In this document: in pieces, positions 1 to 9,133 of the stretch
How the letters are laid out: each line of letters begins with the position of its first letter
Position numbering within the stretch: the first letter of the stretch is position 1
IMG/VR virus record: IMGVR_UViG_3300020187_001966
Source of the DNA: a virus
Lineage: Duplodnaviria > Caudoviricetes
Reading direction: 5' to 3' (one strand)
Length of the DNA stretch: 64,000 nucleotides
Translations under genes and position numbers: made by a program
The notes under the pieces: model-generated
The model's database searches: none
The model's input: only the letters and a program-made list of their open reading frames with translations
What the model was told of the DNA's origin: nothing

Positions 1-1
1 C

Positions 2-475
2 ACAGTTCATTTCAAATAGTATTCTTGTAACATCAGCATTTGTATCTTGTGGTACTACAAACTCAGGAGTATGATCTTTATCAGGATTATAATTTTGCCA
101 GTGATTCCATTTACTATCAATAATAGATTCTAGACTAGCATTAGGTAATTCCCAATTAGTTTTAGTAAACGCACCATGTGTTATCCACATGTGTAATTGA
201 TTTAATCGTTGTTGCGATACTACACTTGATCCCATTTTACCAGGAAAGTTTATATTGTATTTCAGTTTAAGCTCGTCAACATGCGCATCAAATTTTGCGC
301 TATACTTGTTTCTAATCTGGTCAACTTCTGCTTGTGGCATTGTAACTTCAGGGAATACATTTTCATTCCAGGTAGATATAGGATCAAGATTACTCACAGT
401 GTCAAGCCAACTATCCACAAATTTGTTTCGAATAAGTTCAATCTCAACAACACCACTTTTAAAATGTATTTTCAT
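2..475 (-). CDS. Hypothetical phage protein, runs off the left window edge (C-terminus missing); probable paralog of 1077..1901
   Basis: Not in the ORF track because it has no stop in the window. ATG at 475 overlaps the TGA of the DegT gene (ATGA). Reads MKIHFKSGVVEIELIRNKFVDSWLD...LNQLHMW, open to the edge. Confidence 0.7.
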   Translation of the reverse strand, partial: MKIHFKSGVVEIELIRNKFVDSWLDTVSNLDPISTWNENVFPEVTMPQAEVDQIRNKYSAKFDAHVDELKLKYNINFPGKMGSSVVSQQRLNQLHMWITHGAFTKTNWELPNASLESIIDSKWNHWQNYNPDKDHTPEFVVPQDTNADVTRILFEMNC

Positions 476-1080
476 TTAAAGTCCTTTACATAACTAATGT
501 CAGGATATGTATGACTTCCAGCGCAATCTGCGTTGTTGTCTGATAGTACTTGTAGTCTACTTAATCCAAGTTCAGCAGTTTCTGGTGTCATAAAATAATG
601 CCACCCAGCGAACGTTATATTATCATCTTCATAAGGCACACTCATATCTCTACCATCATGTACTGCCCGTTGGCACCAATCATAAAAGTTTTTATCATCA
701 GTTAGTATCATTCCACCACGTATTGTACTTAATATCTTCTTAAACTGGAAACTTAAACACTGACTGTTACCAGACTGGTAACAATTACGGTAAAGTCTAG
801 CTGCGCTATCCACAACATTAGTATTACCGATATTATAGCACCCACTCCACACTTTGTCAATAAAATTTACGTCTAGATCTAAATGAAGTGCTTGCATTGC
901 TACACTAACATATGTGTTTTTAGGTAGAGATATATAGTTTAGATCTGGGTTTTGCTGTTTATAGTAATACAGACTTAGATAAATTGCGTGTGAACAACAA
1001 TCAGTTGCTGTGGCATACGGCGCACCTGTATACTCTGCAATCTGAGATTCAAACTCATGTACTAAATCAAACGGATTCAT
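472..1080 (-). CDS. DegT/DnrJ/EryC1/StrS-family PLP-dependent sugar aminotransferase, short form
   Basis: Motifs DCCSHAIYLSL, VVDSAARL, LSFQFKKILSTIRGGMILTDD (PLP-lysine region). Only 202 aa. Confidence 0.8.
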   Translation of the reverse strand: MNPFDLVHEFESQIAEYTGAPYATATDCCSHAIYLSLYYYKQQNPDLNYISLPKNTYVSVAMQALHLDLDVNFIDKVWSGCYNIGNTNVVDSAARLYRNCYQSGNSQCLSFQFKKILSTIRGGMILTDDKNFYDWCQRAVHDGRDMSVPYEDDNITFAGWHYFMTPETAELGLSRLQVLSDNNADCAGSHTYPDISYVKDFK

Positions 1081-1901
1081 ATGCTTACTCTTTGTATAAC
1101 TTTATTACGTAATATTTGTTCCATATGGTCAGGTTTATTTCTAATATTGCCAATTGGTATTCTTCCTATATTATTTGCTGTAGGCTCTACTGGCAAATGA
1201 TGTATGAAATCTGGTAGTTGCCACAAATCTTTCCATTGATTTAGTGGATCTATTTCCATTGCTAATGGGATGCGATTGCCAATTGGTTTCATTTCACTGT
1301 GATTAGGATTATCATTGTCCCTGTAAGTCTCTCTATAATCTTTACCAAGTATACGTTTAGCAAGATATACATCGTGTTTTTCTAATGTCATTAATTGTAA
1401 CCATTCATCTGTCATCTTAAGAGCATACTGCCCTGCATTTTTAACTTGTTGATCCCAGTAAATGTTACTACAACTATCAGGTAATTTTCTAGTACCACCT
1501 ATAAGTAATGCTTCACACTGATGGCACAGGCTGTTAAGTTTTCCTATGTACTGAACATCTTTAGCATAATCAGGATAATTTTGATTAGCATGTTTACTTT
1601 CTACTAGCTCTACACACCAATGATGTAAGTTATTCATAAGTTGCTGTAAAATATCAGGTTTATTATAGTCTGACACTTGTATTTCTGTACCATTATAATA
1701 ACGTATACCTTCCATCAATTCAGCATATAGTGTAGTAAATTTTTGTTGATCAAACTCAGTGCTTCTATTTTCTATTGAACTTATTTCTGTTACATTTAAC
1801 TCATGCTTAGAAAATTCAGTTGCCCAATTATGTATAAGTGGACTATCAATTAGCTCTATAACAAGTTGTGTATCATCGTTAAGATGTAATATCATTTCCA
1901 T
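1077..1901 (-). CDS. Hypothetical protein in the glycan operon
   Basis: 274-aa ORF overlapping both neighbours; no recognisable catalytic motif. Confidence 0.7.
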   Translation of the reverse strand: MEMILHLNDDTQLVIELIDSPLIHNWATEFSKHELNVTEISSIENRSTEFDQQKFTTLYAELMEGIRYYNGTEIQVSDYNKPDILQQLMNNLHHWCVELVESKHANQNYPDYAKDVQYIGKLNSLCHQCEALLIGGTRKLPDSCSNIYWDQQVKNAGQYALKMTDEWLQLMTLEKHDVYLAKRILGKDYRETYRDNDNPNHSEMKPIGNRIPLAMEIDPLNQWKDLWQLPDFIHHLPVEPTANNIGRIPIGNIRNKPDHMEQILRNKVIQRVSI

Positions 1902-2259
1902 CTTTATCTACCTTTACAATTGGCGGGTTGCTATCGTGCCATCTTTTTGTAAGCATACTAACAAACTTAAAGTCAGTCAGTGCTATAAATGTGTGTGCTG
2001 TTCCAATTGGTATACGTATACTATCACCAGTTGTTAATACTATTTCATGTATAGTGTCACTATACTCTTTAAATAAACACTCGCCGTCTACAATAACCAT
2101 ATACTCATCAAAATGAGGATGGTAATGATAACCACGAGCATCTCCCTGTTTTGTAATCATTAAGTTGTATTCTACTATGTTGTCATCTGGATAGAAACTA
2201 CGAATAGTACCTCTGTGATCTTCAAACAGTTCTGCTTCAAGTACTTTACACTTATCCAT
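1879..2259 (-). CDS. Cupin-fold sugar isomerase/epimerase (RmlC/FdtA/WxcM-like)
   Basis: FEDHRGTI, RGYHYHPHFDEYM and IPIGTAHTF cupin His/Glu motifs; TAATG coupling with the upstream gene. Confidence 0.75.
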   Translation of the reverse strand: MDKCKVLEAELFEDHRGTIRSFYPDDNIVEYNLMITKQGDARGYHYHPHFDEYMVIVDGECLFKEYSDTIHEIVLTTGDSIRIPIGTAHTFIALTDFKFVSMLTKRWHDSNPPIVKVDKDGNDITS

Positions 2260-3050
2260 TATAATCGCATGCCTTTAAATACAGTTTTCTTAAATAGTTT
2301 ATTTTCTTTATCAATATACTCAAACAGTTTACTTGGTATTCCTAGTTTCTTACATGCGTTGTTCATTGCTAATACATCCTTGGGTAAACAAGCACCGCCA
2401 TATCCTCTGAGTTCTGGCTTAACATCTAAATATTCATCTGGTAAATCACTATTACGCAGAAATGCTGACTTAACATTGTCATAGTTAGCGCCTAAACTGT
2501 TACTTATTTCAAACATAACATTAGAAAATACTACCCGCAACGCATTGAATGTATTGTGATAATATTTCATTAGTTCTGCTTCCGTGGGAGTAACTCTCAT
2601 TATATCTTCTGGCAGTTTTCCATGCGATCGTTGAACAAGATAATAGTGATTAACATTTTCAGTACCCACTAATAATAATCTATGGTCAAACACAAAGTCA
2701 TATTCCGCACTGCGTTCCTTTAGAAACTCTGGTACAAACACAATTCTATCATCATACTGCGCAATTAATCTTTGAGTTGTTCCAGGTGATACTGTTGACT
2801 TGATACCGATAACACCTTCGTAATTTGCTTGTTGTAATTCAGCAATAACACTTTCTACGATACGTGTGTCGCACTCTCCTTGATCGTTAGTAGGTGTAGG
2901 CACACACAGATACACAATCTCTGCTTCTAACAAATCTTCTATCTTTGTGCCGAGTGTAATGTCATGTGGTATAACTGTGTACCCACAATGTTCAAAGCCT
3001 GTCTTACATGCTTTGCCTACTACTCCTAAACCTACTATTCCTATTTTCAT
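2259..3050 (-). CDS. UDP-glucose/GDP-mannose dehydrogenase family, short form
   Basis: KIGIVGLGVVG Rossmann motif, LCVPTP, IKSTVSPGTT, PEFLKE, EAELMKYYHNTF, GYGGACLPKD with catalytic Cys. Confidence 0.88.
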   Translation of the reverse strand: MKIGIVGLGVVGKACKTGFEHCGYTVIPHDITLGTKIEDLLEAEIVYLCVPTPTNDQGECDTRIVESVIAELQQANYEGVIGIKSTVSPGTTQRLIAQYDDRIVFVPEFLKERSAEYDFVFDHRLLLVGTENVNHYYLVQRSHGKLPEDIMRVTPTEAELMKYYHNTFNALRVVFSNVMFEISNSLGANYDNVKSAFLRNSDLPDEYLDVKPELRGYGGACLPKDVLAMNNACKKLGIPSKLFEYIDKENKLFKKTVFKGMRL

Positions 3051-3784
3051 TTTATCATGTGCCTAACTGTATAATTTATTTCTGCTAATTTAATTGAATC
3101 ATTCTTGAAATAATCATCAACTGTTGCCTTTACCATTGGGAAGTGTCCATAATCATCTAAAATCAGATGTCCGTTTTTTACTAGTTTTGGATAAAAGTGA
3201 TTTAATACATGTCTAGTTGGTTTAGCTAAATCTACATCTATACGTAAAAGAGCAATACTAACAGGAGAATTAGCAGGAATAGTATCTTCTACTATACCTT
3301 CTATAAATCTGACTTGGCCTAGATAGTTACATTCAGCAAAGTTTTGCTTAACATCTTGTAATGAACTATAGCACCAGTTACTGTTACCAAAGCTATCTAC
3401 TTTTTGTTCCACATACCAATCTCTTAAATTTTCGTTCTCTTTTGTAAGTTCGTTGGCTTCAGGAATAGGCACACCACTAAACGTATCATACATCCATATA
3501 TCACGCTCTTGCTTGTAGTGTTTTAAAACTTCAGCCATAATCATACAACTGCCGCCCATAAAGACTCCGCATTCTACAAAATCTCCTGGTATATCATTCA
3601 AAATAATATTTTCAACTGTATCTATTAAATCTAAAACTACTGACAACTTCGTAACAGTAAATGGGCTACACTGGTAAGCAATTTCTTTCTTCCACTGTTC
3701 AATACTTAAAGGTGTTAGCTCGTCTTGCCAACGGTAACTTACATCTCTATAATCATTTTTATACTTACGACTTTGTCTTTCCAT
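3047..3784 (-). CDS. TylF/MycF/NovP-family O-methyltransferase
   Basis: IPGDFVECGVFMGGS, MYDTFSG, ALLRIDVD, LILDDY. Start placed at the second Met (3784), which gives a TAATG overlap; the track start is 3796. Confidence 0.85.
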   Translation of the reverse strand: MERQSRKYKNDYRDVSYRWQDELTPLSIEQWKKEIAYQCSPFTVTKLSVVLDLIDTVENIILNDIPGDFVECGVFMGGSCMIMAEVLKHYKQERDIWMYDTFSGVPIPEANELTKENENLRDWYVEQKVDSFGNSNWCYSSLQDVKQNFAECNYLGQVRFIEGIVEDTIPANSPVSIALLRIDVDLAKPTRHVLNHFYPKLVKNGHLILDDYGHFPMVKATVDDYFKNDSIKLAEINYTVRHMIK

Positions 3785-4335
3785 TATGATTTCCATTTTA
3801 CACTACATCCAAAACTAGGGTTAGGTTCCCATGTAATAGGTTTATCTATTAATGTCAAGTCTAATGCGTGTCGTAAACTACTGCCAGTTGGCATTAAATC
3901 ATTACTAGTATGACTAGGATCTAATTCGCCATGATAAACAACTATGCTTTTTTTGTCTAATATGTAAAACTCAGGAGTACATACTGCGCCGTAAGCACGA
4001 GCAATACTTTGATCTTCATCAAATATATAATCGCACTGTAGGTCATACTTTTCACTAAACGCTGGCATGTATTCAGGCGCATCTTGTAAATTGCTATCAT
4101 CGGTTGTTGGACTTGCGTCATTACTATTAACTGCTACAATGTTTACACGATCCCGATAGTCTTTAACAAGCTGACTAATAGCTGGCATTCTGAATAGCAC
4201 ATAAGGACAATGATTACATATAATCATAATTAAATTAATCTCGTCAGGCTCGCAAAGTGTGCTAATGCGATGCCCCATCATACTGTCGCTAATTTCTAAA
4301 GACATGTCTTTAATCCTGTTCTCAAATCTGTCCAT
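3784..4335 (-). CDS. Thioredoxin-fold redoxin (AhpC/TSA-like)
   Basis: ICNHCPYV CxxC motif, AVNSNDA, FDEDQSIARAYGAVCTPEFY, C-terminal SFGCSVKW. Confidence 0.85.
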   Translation of the reverse strand: MDRFENRIKDMSLEISDSMMGHRISTLCEPDEINLIMIICNHCPYVLFRMPAISQLVKDYRDRVNIVAVNSNDASPTTDDSNLQDAPEYMPAFSEKYDLQCDYIFDEDQSIARAYGAVCTPEFYILDKKSIVVYHGELDPSHTSNDLMPTGSSLRHALDLTLIDKPITWEPNPSFGCSVKWKS

Positions 4336-5138
4336 TCAAAGTCGGGAACAAATTTGTGTAGTTTAGTTAAGTCGGGTGCTCTGCGTGGAGTGCTTCCTGG
4401 AGGACTATCGAGTAATTCAAACTGGTTGCTTAACTCTAATAGATCTACAATAATGTTAGCAACATCTACAATTTTACTCTCTGTTGGAGATCCAATATTT
4501 ACAATTTGATTTTTTTGTTCTAGCATTTCAATTGTAAGTTTTACCGCATCGTCTATATAACAAAAGCTTCTAGTATCGTCCCATCCATATAGACGGTTAT
4601 CGCCTTGTTGTATACGTTCAATAAACTCTGGAATAAAATGATTCTCTTGTCCAGGCCCATATATATTATGAAAGCGTAATATAGTATATGTATTACTATA
4701 CTGTGCGCTATGACTAATAACAGCACTCTCCATGGCAATTTTGCCACTGGCATAACACCAACGTGGATTTGTAATATCGTCTATTGACAGCGCAACATCT
4801 TCAGGAGTAGGTACACTAGCCCATCCACGATTAACTGTTCCAGCATACTCTTCACTGCTACCAGCATATACAAAATGTGCGTGTGGGTAACGTTTGAGTA
4901 AGTTCATTGTGGGTGTAACAATACTGTCAATAACACTAAATGGTGTGCTATAAAAGTTCTTTGTGCTGTTAAATGCCGCTAAGTGTATTACTGTATCTAC
5001 ATCTGGTAACGAGTTTACAAATGTAGGGTCACTTAGATCGCCATTGTAATCACATCCATTATAGTCTACAGTAATACACTTAATGTTTTTTTGCAAATGC
5101 TTGCCGATAAAGCCATTTGCTCCAGTGAGTAATATCAT
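4296..5138 (-). CDS. NAD-dependent epimerase/dehydratase (extended SDR)
   Basis: LLTGANGFIG, VIHLAA, YASGK (YxxxK), RFHNIYGPG, RSFCYIDD. Confidence 0.9.
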   Translation of the reverse strand: MILLTGANGFIGKHLQKNIKCITVDYNGCDYNGDLSDPTFVNSLPDVDTVIHLAAFNSTKNFYSTPFSVIDSIVTPTMNLLKRYPHAHFVYAGSSEEYAGTVNRGWASVPTPEDVALSIDDITNPRWCYASGKIAMESAVISHSAQYSNTYTILRFHNIYGPGQENHFIPEFIERIQQGDNRLYGWDDTRSFCYIDDAVKLTIEMLEQKNQIVNIGSPTESKIVDVANIIVDLLELSNQFELLDSPPGSTPRRAPDLTKLHKFVPDFEWTDLRTGLKTCL

Positions 5139-5165
5139 GGTAACCTCTTTAATTAAGTACTATGT

Positions 5166-6386
5166 TTATTTATTAACAATATCATTCAGCATTTCCATAA
5201 ACCTTTGCTGTTGTCCAATTTTAAATTCACCTTGAAGGTGATTCCAATTGTAAATATTTTGTTGGTGTATACGTTCTAATAATTCTGGAGTTCGAGGTAT
5301 ATTGATTAAATCCTCTAAACTATCTTTACACTTGTGTAGTCTATCAATCATATAAGGTTCATTATCATAATCTTCACTAATTAACCAATCCCAAGTTTTA
5401 AATCCCCATTCGTTTAATTGTTTGACTATACCTTGCTGACCAATCCATATACACGGCTGTTGATATACAAATGATCTAAACGTAGCCTCACTAATAAAAA
5501 GTCCGCCACTTTGTATATCTGTTTCCGTAATTACACTGGCAAAACTAGTATTATACCATGGTAAACTACTAACAGTTGTATCAGATCCAGCGCACCAATT
5601 ACTATTATGATCAGGTACATCAAGTATGCGTGGTGTATTTAATCCAATGTCTGCCAAATCATGCCAGATTTTTTTTATTTCTGATGCTGTAATATTTTTA
5701 CTAGATATGTGCTTACCATATTGATCTAAGATATATATAAATGCTCGAGCTTTATCTAAAAACCCCCAGCCATGTATTCTGTCTGCGATACTAACAAAGT
5801 TAGAATCTAACAATTGGTTACTGTGTAGTAACCAAGTCCAAAATATTCGACCTGGTTTCATATAGCGTTGTAAACAAATAAAGTTAGCATCAAAACTACG
5901 TTGTGTTATTGGTAAAAGATCCCATTGATCCTTCATTTCATGTACATGTCGTAATATATCATGTCCATAACAAGTAAACCCAAACGATCTTATTTTTTTG
6001 CTTTTCTGTCGTTGTTGTACACGTAAATCACCACTAACCCATACTACATTACTATAAGGTATTTGTGCTTGTTCACAAAATGTTTCTAATGTTAAATCAA
6101 AGTCATGACAGTGTTCAATTGGATACTCGCCTATTGGATTTGTACTTTCTTGGAATGTACTAAAAACAATACAAGCATCACCAACTTGCGCATCACGTAT
6201 TACGTTTTCTGGTATATATGGTATAATATCACCCAGTGTTGCTGGATGTGAATCTGGATCACAATTTATTTCACACCAATGAATATACACACCAGTATTA
6301 CGTTGGGGTAAGTTGTATAGTGTATCTATTAATTCTGGAACAAGAGGGCATCGCCAATCTTTGTTTCTATCAATTCGTGGTATCAT
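5166..6386 (-). CDS. Hypothetical protein, possibly glycosyltransferase-related
   Basis: 406-aa ORF. The C-terminal SVITET...SEATFR...GFKTWDW..EDYD segment resembles phage glycan-cluster proteins; function not established. Confidence 0.6.
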   Translation of the reverse strand: MIPRIDRNKDWRCPLVPELIDTLYNLPQRNTGVYIHWCEINCDPDSHPATLGDIIPYIPENVIRDAQVGDACIVFSTFQESTNPIGEYPIEHCHDFDLTLETFCEQAQIPYSNVVWVSGDLRVQQRQKSKKIRSFGFTCYGHDILRHVHEMKDQWDLLPITQRSFDANFICLQRYMKPGRIFWTWLLHSNQLLDSNFVSIADRIHGWGFLDKARAFIYILDQYGKHISSKNITASEIKKIWHDLADIGLNTPRILDVPDHNSNWCAGSDTTVSSLPWYNTSFASVITETDIQSGGLFISEATFRSFVYQQPCIWIGQQGIVKQLNEWGFKTWDWLISEDYDNEPYMIDRLHKCKDSLEDLINIPRTPELLERIHQQNIYNWNHLQGEFKIGQQQRFMEMLNDIVNK

Positions 6387-7671
6387 CCCAATAGTTCTCC
6401 CAAATGTAGCTTAATTCTGGAAACACGGAACGAGTATCTTCTCCGTGTAGATCGTCTAAAATTTTATTATGTTTACACATTTCTCGTAAACTATCCTCAT
6501 TACATGACACACTATTCATCCATTTAATGGAAGCATGTATTGTGCTGTACACTTTACTATGTGGTTTAACATTAAGATGCTTTAAATGATCTATCCAAAT
6601 TTGTTCTACTTCCTGTTTCATATGATCTGGGAAATTTTGAACATTATAAAAGTCTGGGTTATTTAATATATTCCAGAACATATTGTGGGGCTCAACCCAT
6701 CCATTTTCTATCCATTGTCGATTAAGTTCGCACACTGTATACGCATTAAGTATTTGTATAGTTGGACTTATGCCAACTTTAACATGCGGTGTTTCACTTT
6801 TTATAAGTGCCATATGATCCTGTATATCGCTCCATACAGTATCTTTGCGTATGTTTTCTGCTCGAGTTCCGAATGTATCAATACTACCTGCGCAATATAC
6901 ATTACTAAAATGCTTCCATATGTCAACAATTTTTGTTTTCTTAAATTTCATAATACTTAGGTTAGTACTATATCTAATATGTACGTCAGTTAGTTTTAAT
7001 TCAATCAACTTATTTAAAAGTTTGTAATGCTCTTCCATAAACAATGGTTCACCACCAGCAAAATAAATCTCTTTCATATGTGGCAAATATTCCTCTAGTC
7101 TATCAAGTAGGGTATCACTGTCTTCTACCCCTTTGATGATAGCTATATTCGAATCTGTACCATAATTATAGATACCTTTTTCTTTTAGTTTTTTACTATC
7201 CCCAAACCATTTACTACTACTAAAATGTCCACACATCTTGCATCGCATATTACAAATATTGCTAAATCTTATATCTAAATATACTGGCTTTGCGTTTGGT
7301 GATGTTCCATCCTCTTGTGTAGTTATAACCATGTCTTTTGCTGTCTCATGAAACTTGGCAATTGCATCATGTCGCAAACTAAACCCACTTTGTTGTTCTT
7401 TAACATAGCACGTTCTACAATGCGGTACCTTTTTATCTTGAATTAGTGCTTTTCTTAACTTTTTAAATTCTGGGCCTGCCCATATATCATCAAAACTTTG
7501 CTTATTAATGTTTCCCATTGGGCGTTCCCAATCGCCGATACAACATGGTAATACTTTGCCATCTGCAGCAACATGTAAATGATTCCATAACAATGGGCAA
7601 TAGCTGTCTGTTTTTTCAATTATATCGCTAGCAGACGCATTGTTTTGTATTAAGTCTATAATCTTATTCAT
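6370..7671 (-). CDS. Radical SAM protein with N-terminal SPASM/twitch-like domain
   Basis: CNMRCKMC (CxxxCxxC), YFAGGEP; N-terminal CPLLW...GKVLPCC...CRTC. Start set at MNKII (ATGAATAA overlap); the track start is 7695. Confidence 0.9.
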   Translation of the reverse strand: MNKIIDLIQNNASASDIIEKTDSYCPLLWNHLHVAADGKVLPCCIGDWERPMGNINKQSFDDIWAGPEFKKLRKALIQDKKVPHCRTCYVKEQQSGFSLRHDAIAKFHETAKDMVITTQEDGTSPNAKPVYLDIRFSNICNMRCKMCGHFSSSKWFGDSKKLKEKGIYNYGTDSNIAIIKGVEDSDTLLDRLEEYLPHMKEIYFAGGEPLFMEEHYKLLNKLIELKLTDVHIRYSTNLSIMKFKKTKIVDIWKHFSNVYCAGSIDTFGTRAENIRKDTVWSDIQDHMALIKSETPHVKVGISPTIQILNAYTVCELNRQWIENGWVEPHNMFWNILNNPDFYNVQNFPDHMKQEVEQIWIDHLKHLNVKPHSKVYSTIHASIKWMNSVSCNEDSLREMCKHNKILDDLHGEDTRSVFPELSYIWENYWDDTTN

Positions 7672-9133
7672 AACATTTCCTATAATATTCTTCAAGTTCA
7701 GGAAACACGTCTACAAATTTCGTGTTTCGCCTGGCATCTATTGTGTCAATAAATTTTCTAAAGTTGGCCCGGTGTACTTTATTATCTTCATCTGAGCTAT
7801 AGTAACAAGAATCGACAACTCTTCCCATCTTCTCTGCTTCGTAATCATAAAACGCTCGGTTGTCTTGACCTGACGTAAGATTTTCCATCATAAAATTATA
7901 TTGGTCCCAGGCATATGGCATAACTAATTCCTTTGGGGGAGTTGCTAAACTTAAAAACGGAGGAAACGTGATAGGGCTAATATCCACGTGAACAGCACAC
8001 GGCTTATCGCCTCGTACAAAATTGTCTATTAAATTATTTTTCAAGAAAAACTCTGAGTACTGTGTGAATCTACCGTTATATCTGTTTTTAGATTTTTTAA
8101 CTTCTAATATTTTTTCTAGGAACTGACCATAGCTAGGTACACTTAATACACTATACGCTGACATTATTGTATTGTCAACTGTTGGATGTGTTTCTATTAG
8201 ATACATTAACCTATCCCACAACATATTAAAGTCTAGTCCACTACGAATGTATTCTGCTTGTTCGCCCCAACCGTCTAAACTAGTGTATAGTGTAATTTTC
8301 TTTACTAGGTTCTCTTGCTCATTCTTCTTGATAAATTCAATCAGTTTTTGCCATGCTTGCTCTGGAGCGTTTAAGTTAGTGTTAATACCTAGCTCAAGAT
8401 CTGGCATTGGGTGTTTTTCAATTTCATTTAGCAGTTTAAAAGTGTCTTTACTCATTAGCGGTTCACCGCCAGTAACTCTAAGAGTTTTTAAAGTTGTCCT
8501 GAGATCAGGCCACCATTTCCAAAATGCTTCAACATATGGATTATTTTGGTTGTGTGGTATTGGCAATTCGTTTATTGACTCTAAATATCCTAGACTATGG
8601 TAGTCCCAAGTAGGTTCTTTAGATTGAGCGTCAGTAAGCATAATAGATTCATTTTGTTGTTGTTCCTGTTGCCATTTACTGCTAAAGTGTGGACCACAGT
8701 ATGTACATTTTAAATTACATGCGTTACTAAAACTAACTTCTACGTATTGTGGAGTATGGTCATCTCCTGTACCGCTTTGTACAATTGTATCAAAACGATC
8801 TTCAAACAAGTTAGCACTTTTTAAATATCGATCGCTAACTGCTTCTTTATTACTATCTTCCATTTTATAACAAAAGTTACATGGGCTAGGACGTTCACCA
8901 TTTAACATAGCCTTACGTTGAGCTATTTTTTCACGACTATTATGAATTGCTTTATAATTTTGTGATATTTCTTCTAATGAAATTTTATGAGGCGCTGGAT
9001 GGTGACAACTGTGTGTCATACCGTTATGCAAATGCATAGTTACTTGATCCCATTTAGCTAAACAAAATCCACTTCCAACCTTGTTTAACTTGTCCTTCAT
9101 ATCTAATGCTCGTTGTAATTCATTTTCATTCAT
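7664..9133 (-). CDS. Radical SAM protein with N-terminal twitch-like domain
   Basis: CNLKCTYC, RVTGGEP, INTNL; N-terminal CLAKW...HSCHH...CNFC. Confidence 0.9.
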   Translation of the reverse strand: MNENELQRALDMKDKLNKVGSGFCLAKWDQVTMHLHNGMTHSCHHPAPHKISLEEISQNYKAIHNSREKIAQRKAMLNGERPSPCNFCYKMEDSNKEAVSDRYLKSANLFEDRFDTIVQSGTGDDHTPQYVEVSFSNACNLKCTYCGPHFSSKWQQEQQQNESIMLTDAQSKEPTWDYHSLGYLESINELPIPHNQNNPYVEAFWKWWPDLRTTLKTLRVTGGEPLMSKDTFKLLNEIEKHPMPDLELGINTNLNAPEQAWQKLIEFIKKNEQENLVKKITLYTSLDGWGEQAEYIRSGLDFNMLWDRLMYLIETHPTVDNTIMSAYSVLSVPSYGQFLEKILEVKKSKNRYNGRFTQYSEFFLKNNLIDNFVRGDKPCAVHVDISPITFPPFLSLATPPKELVMPYAWDQYNFMMENLTSGQDNRAFYDYEAEKMGRVVDSCYYSSDEDNKVHRANFRKFIDTIDARRNTKFVDVFPELEEYYRKCYE

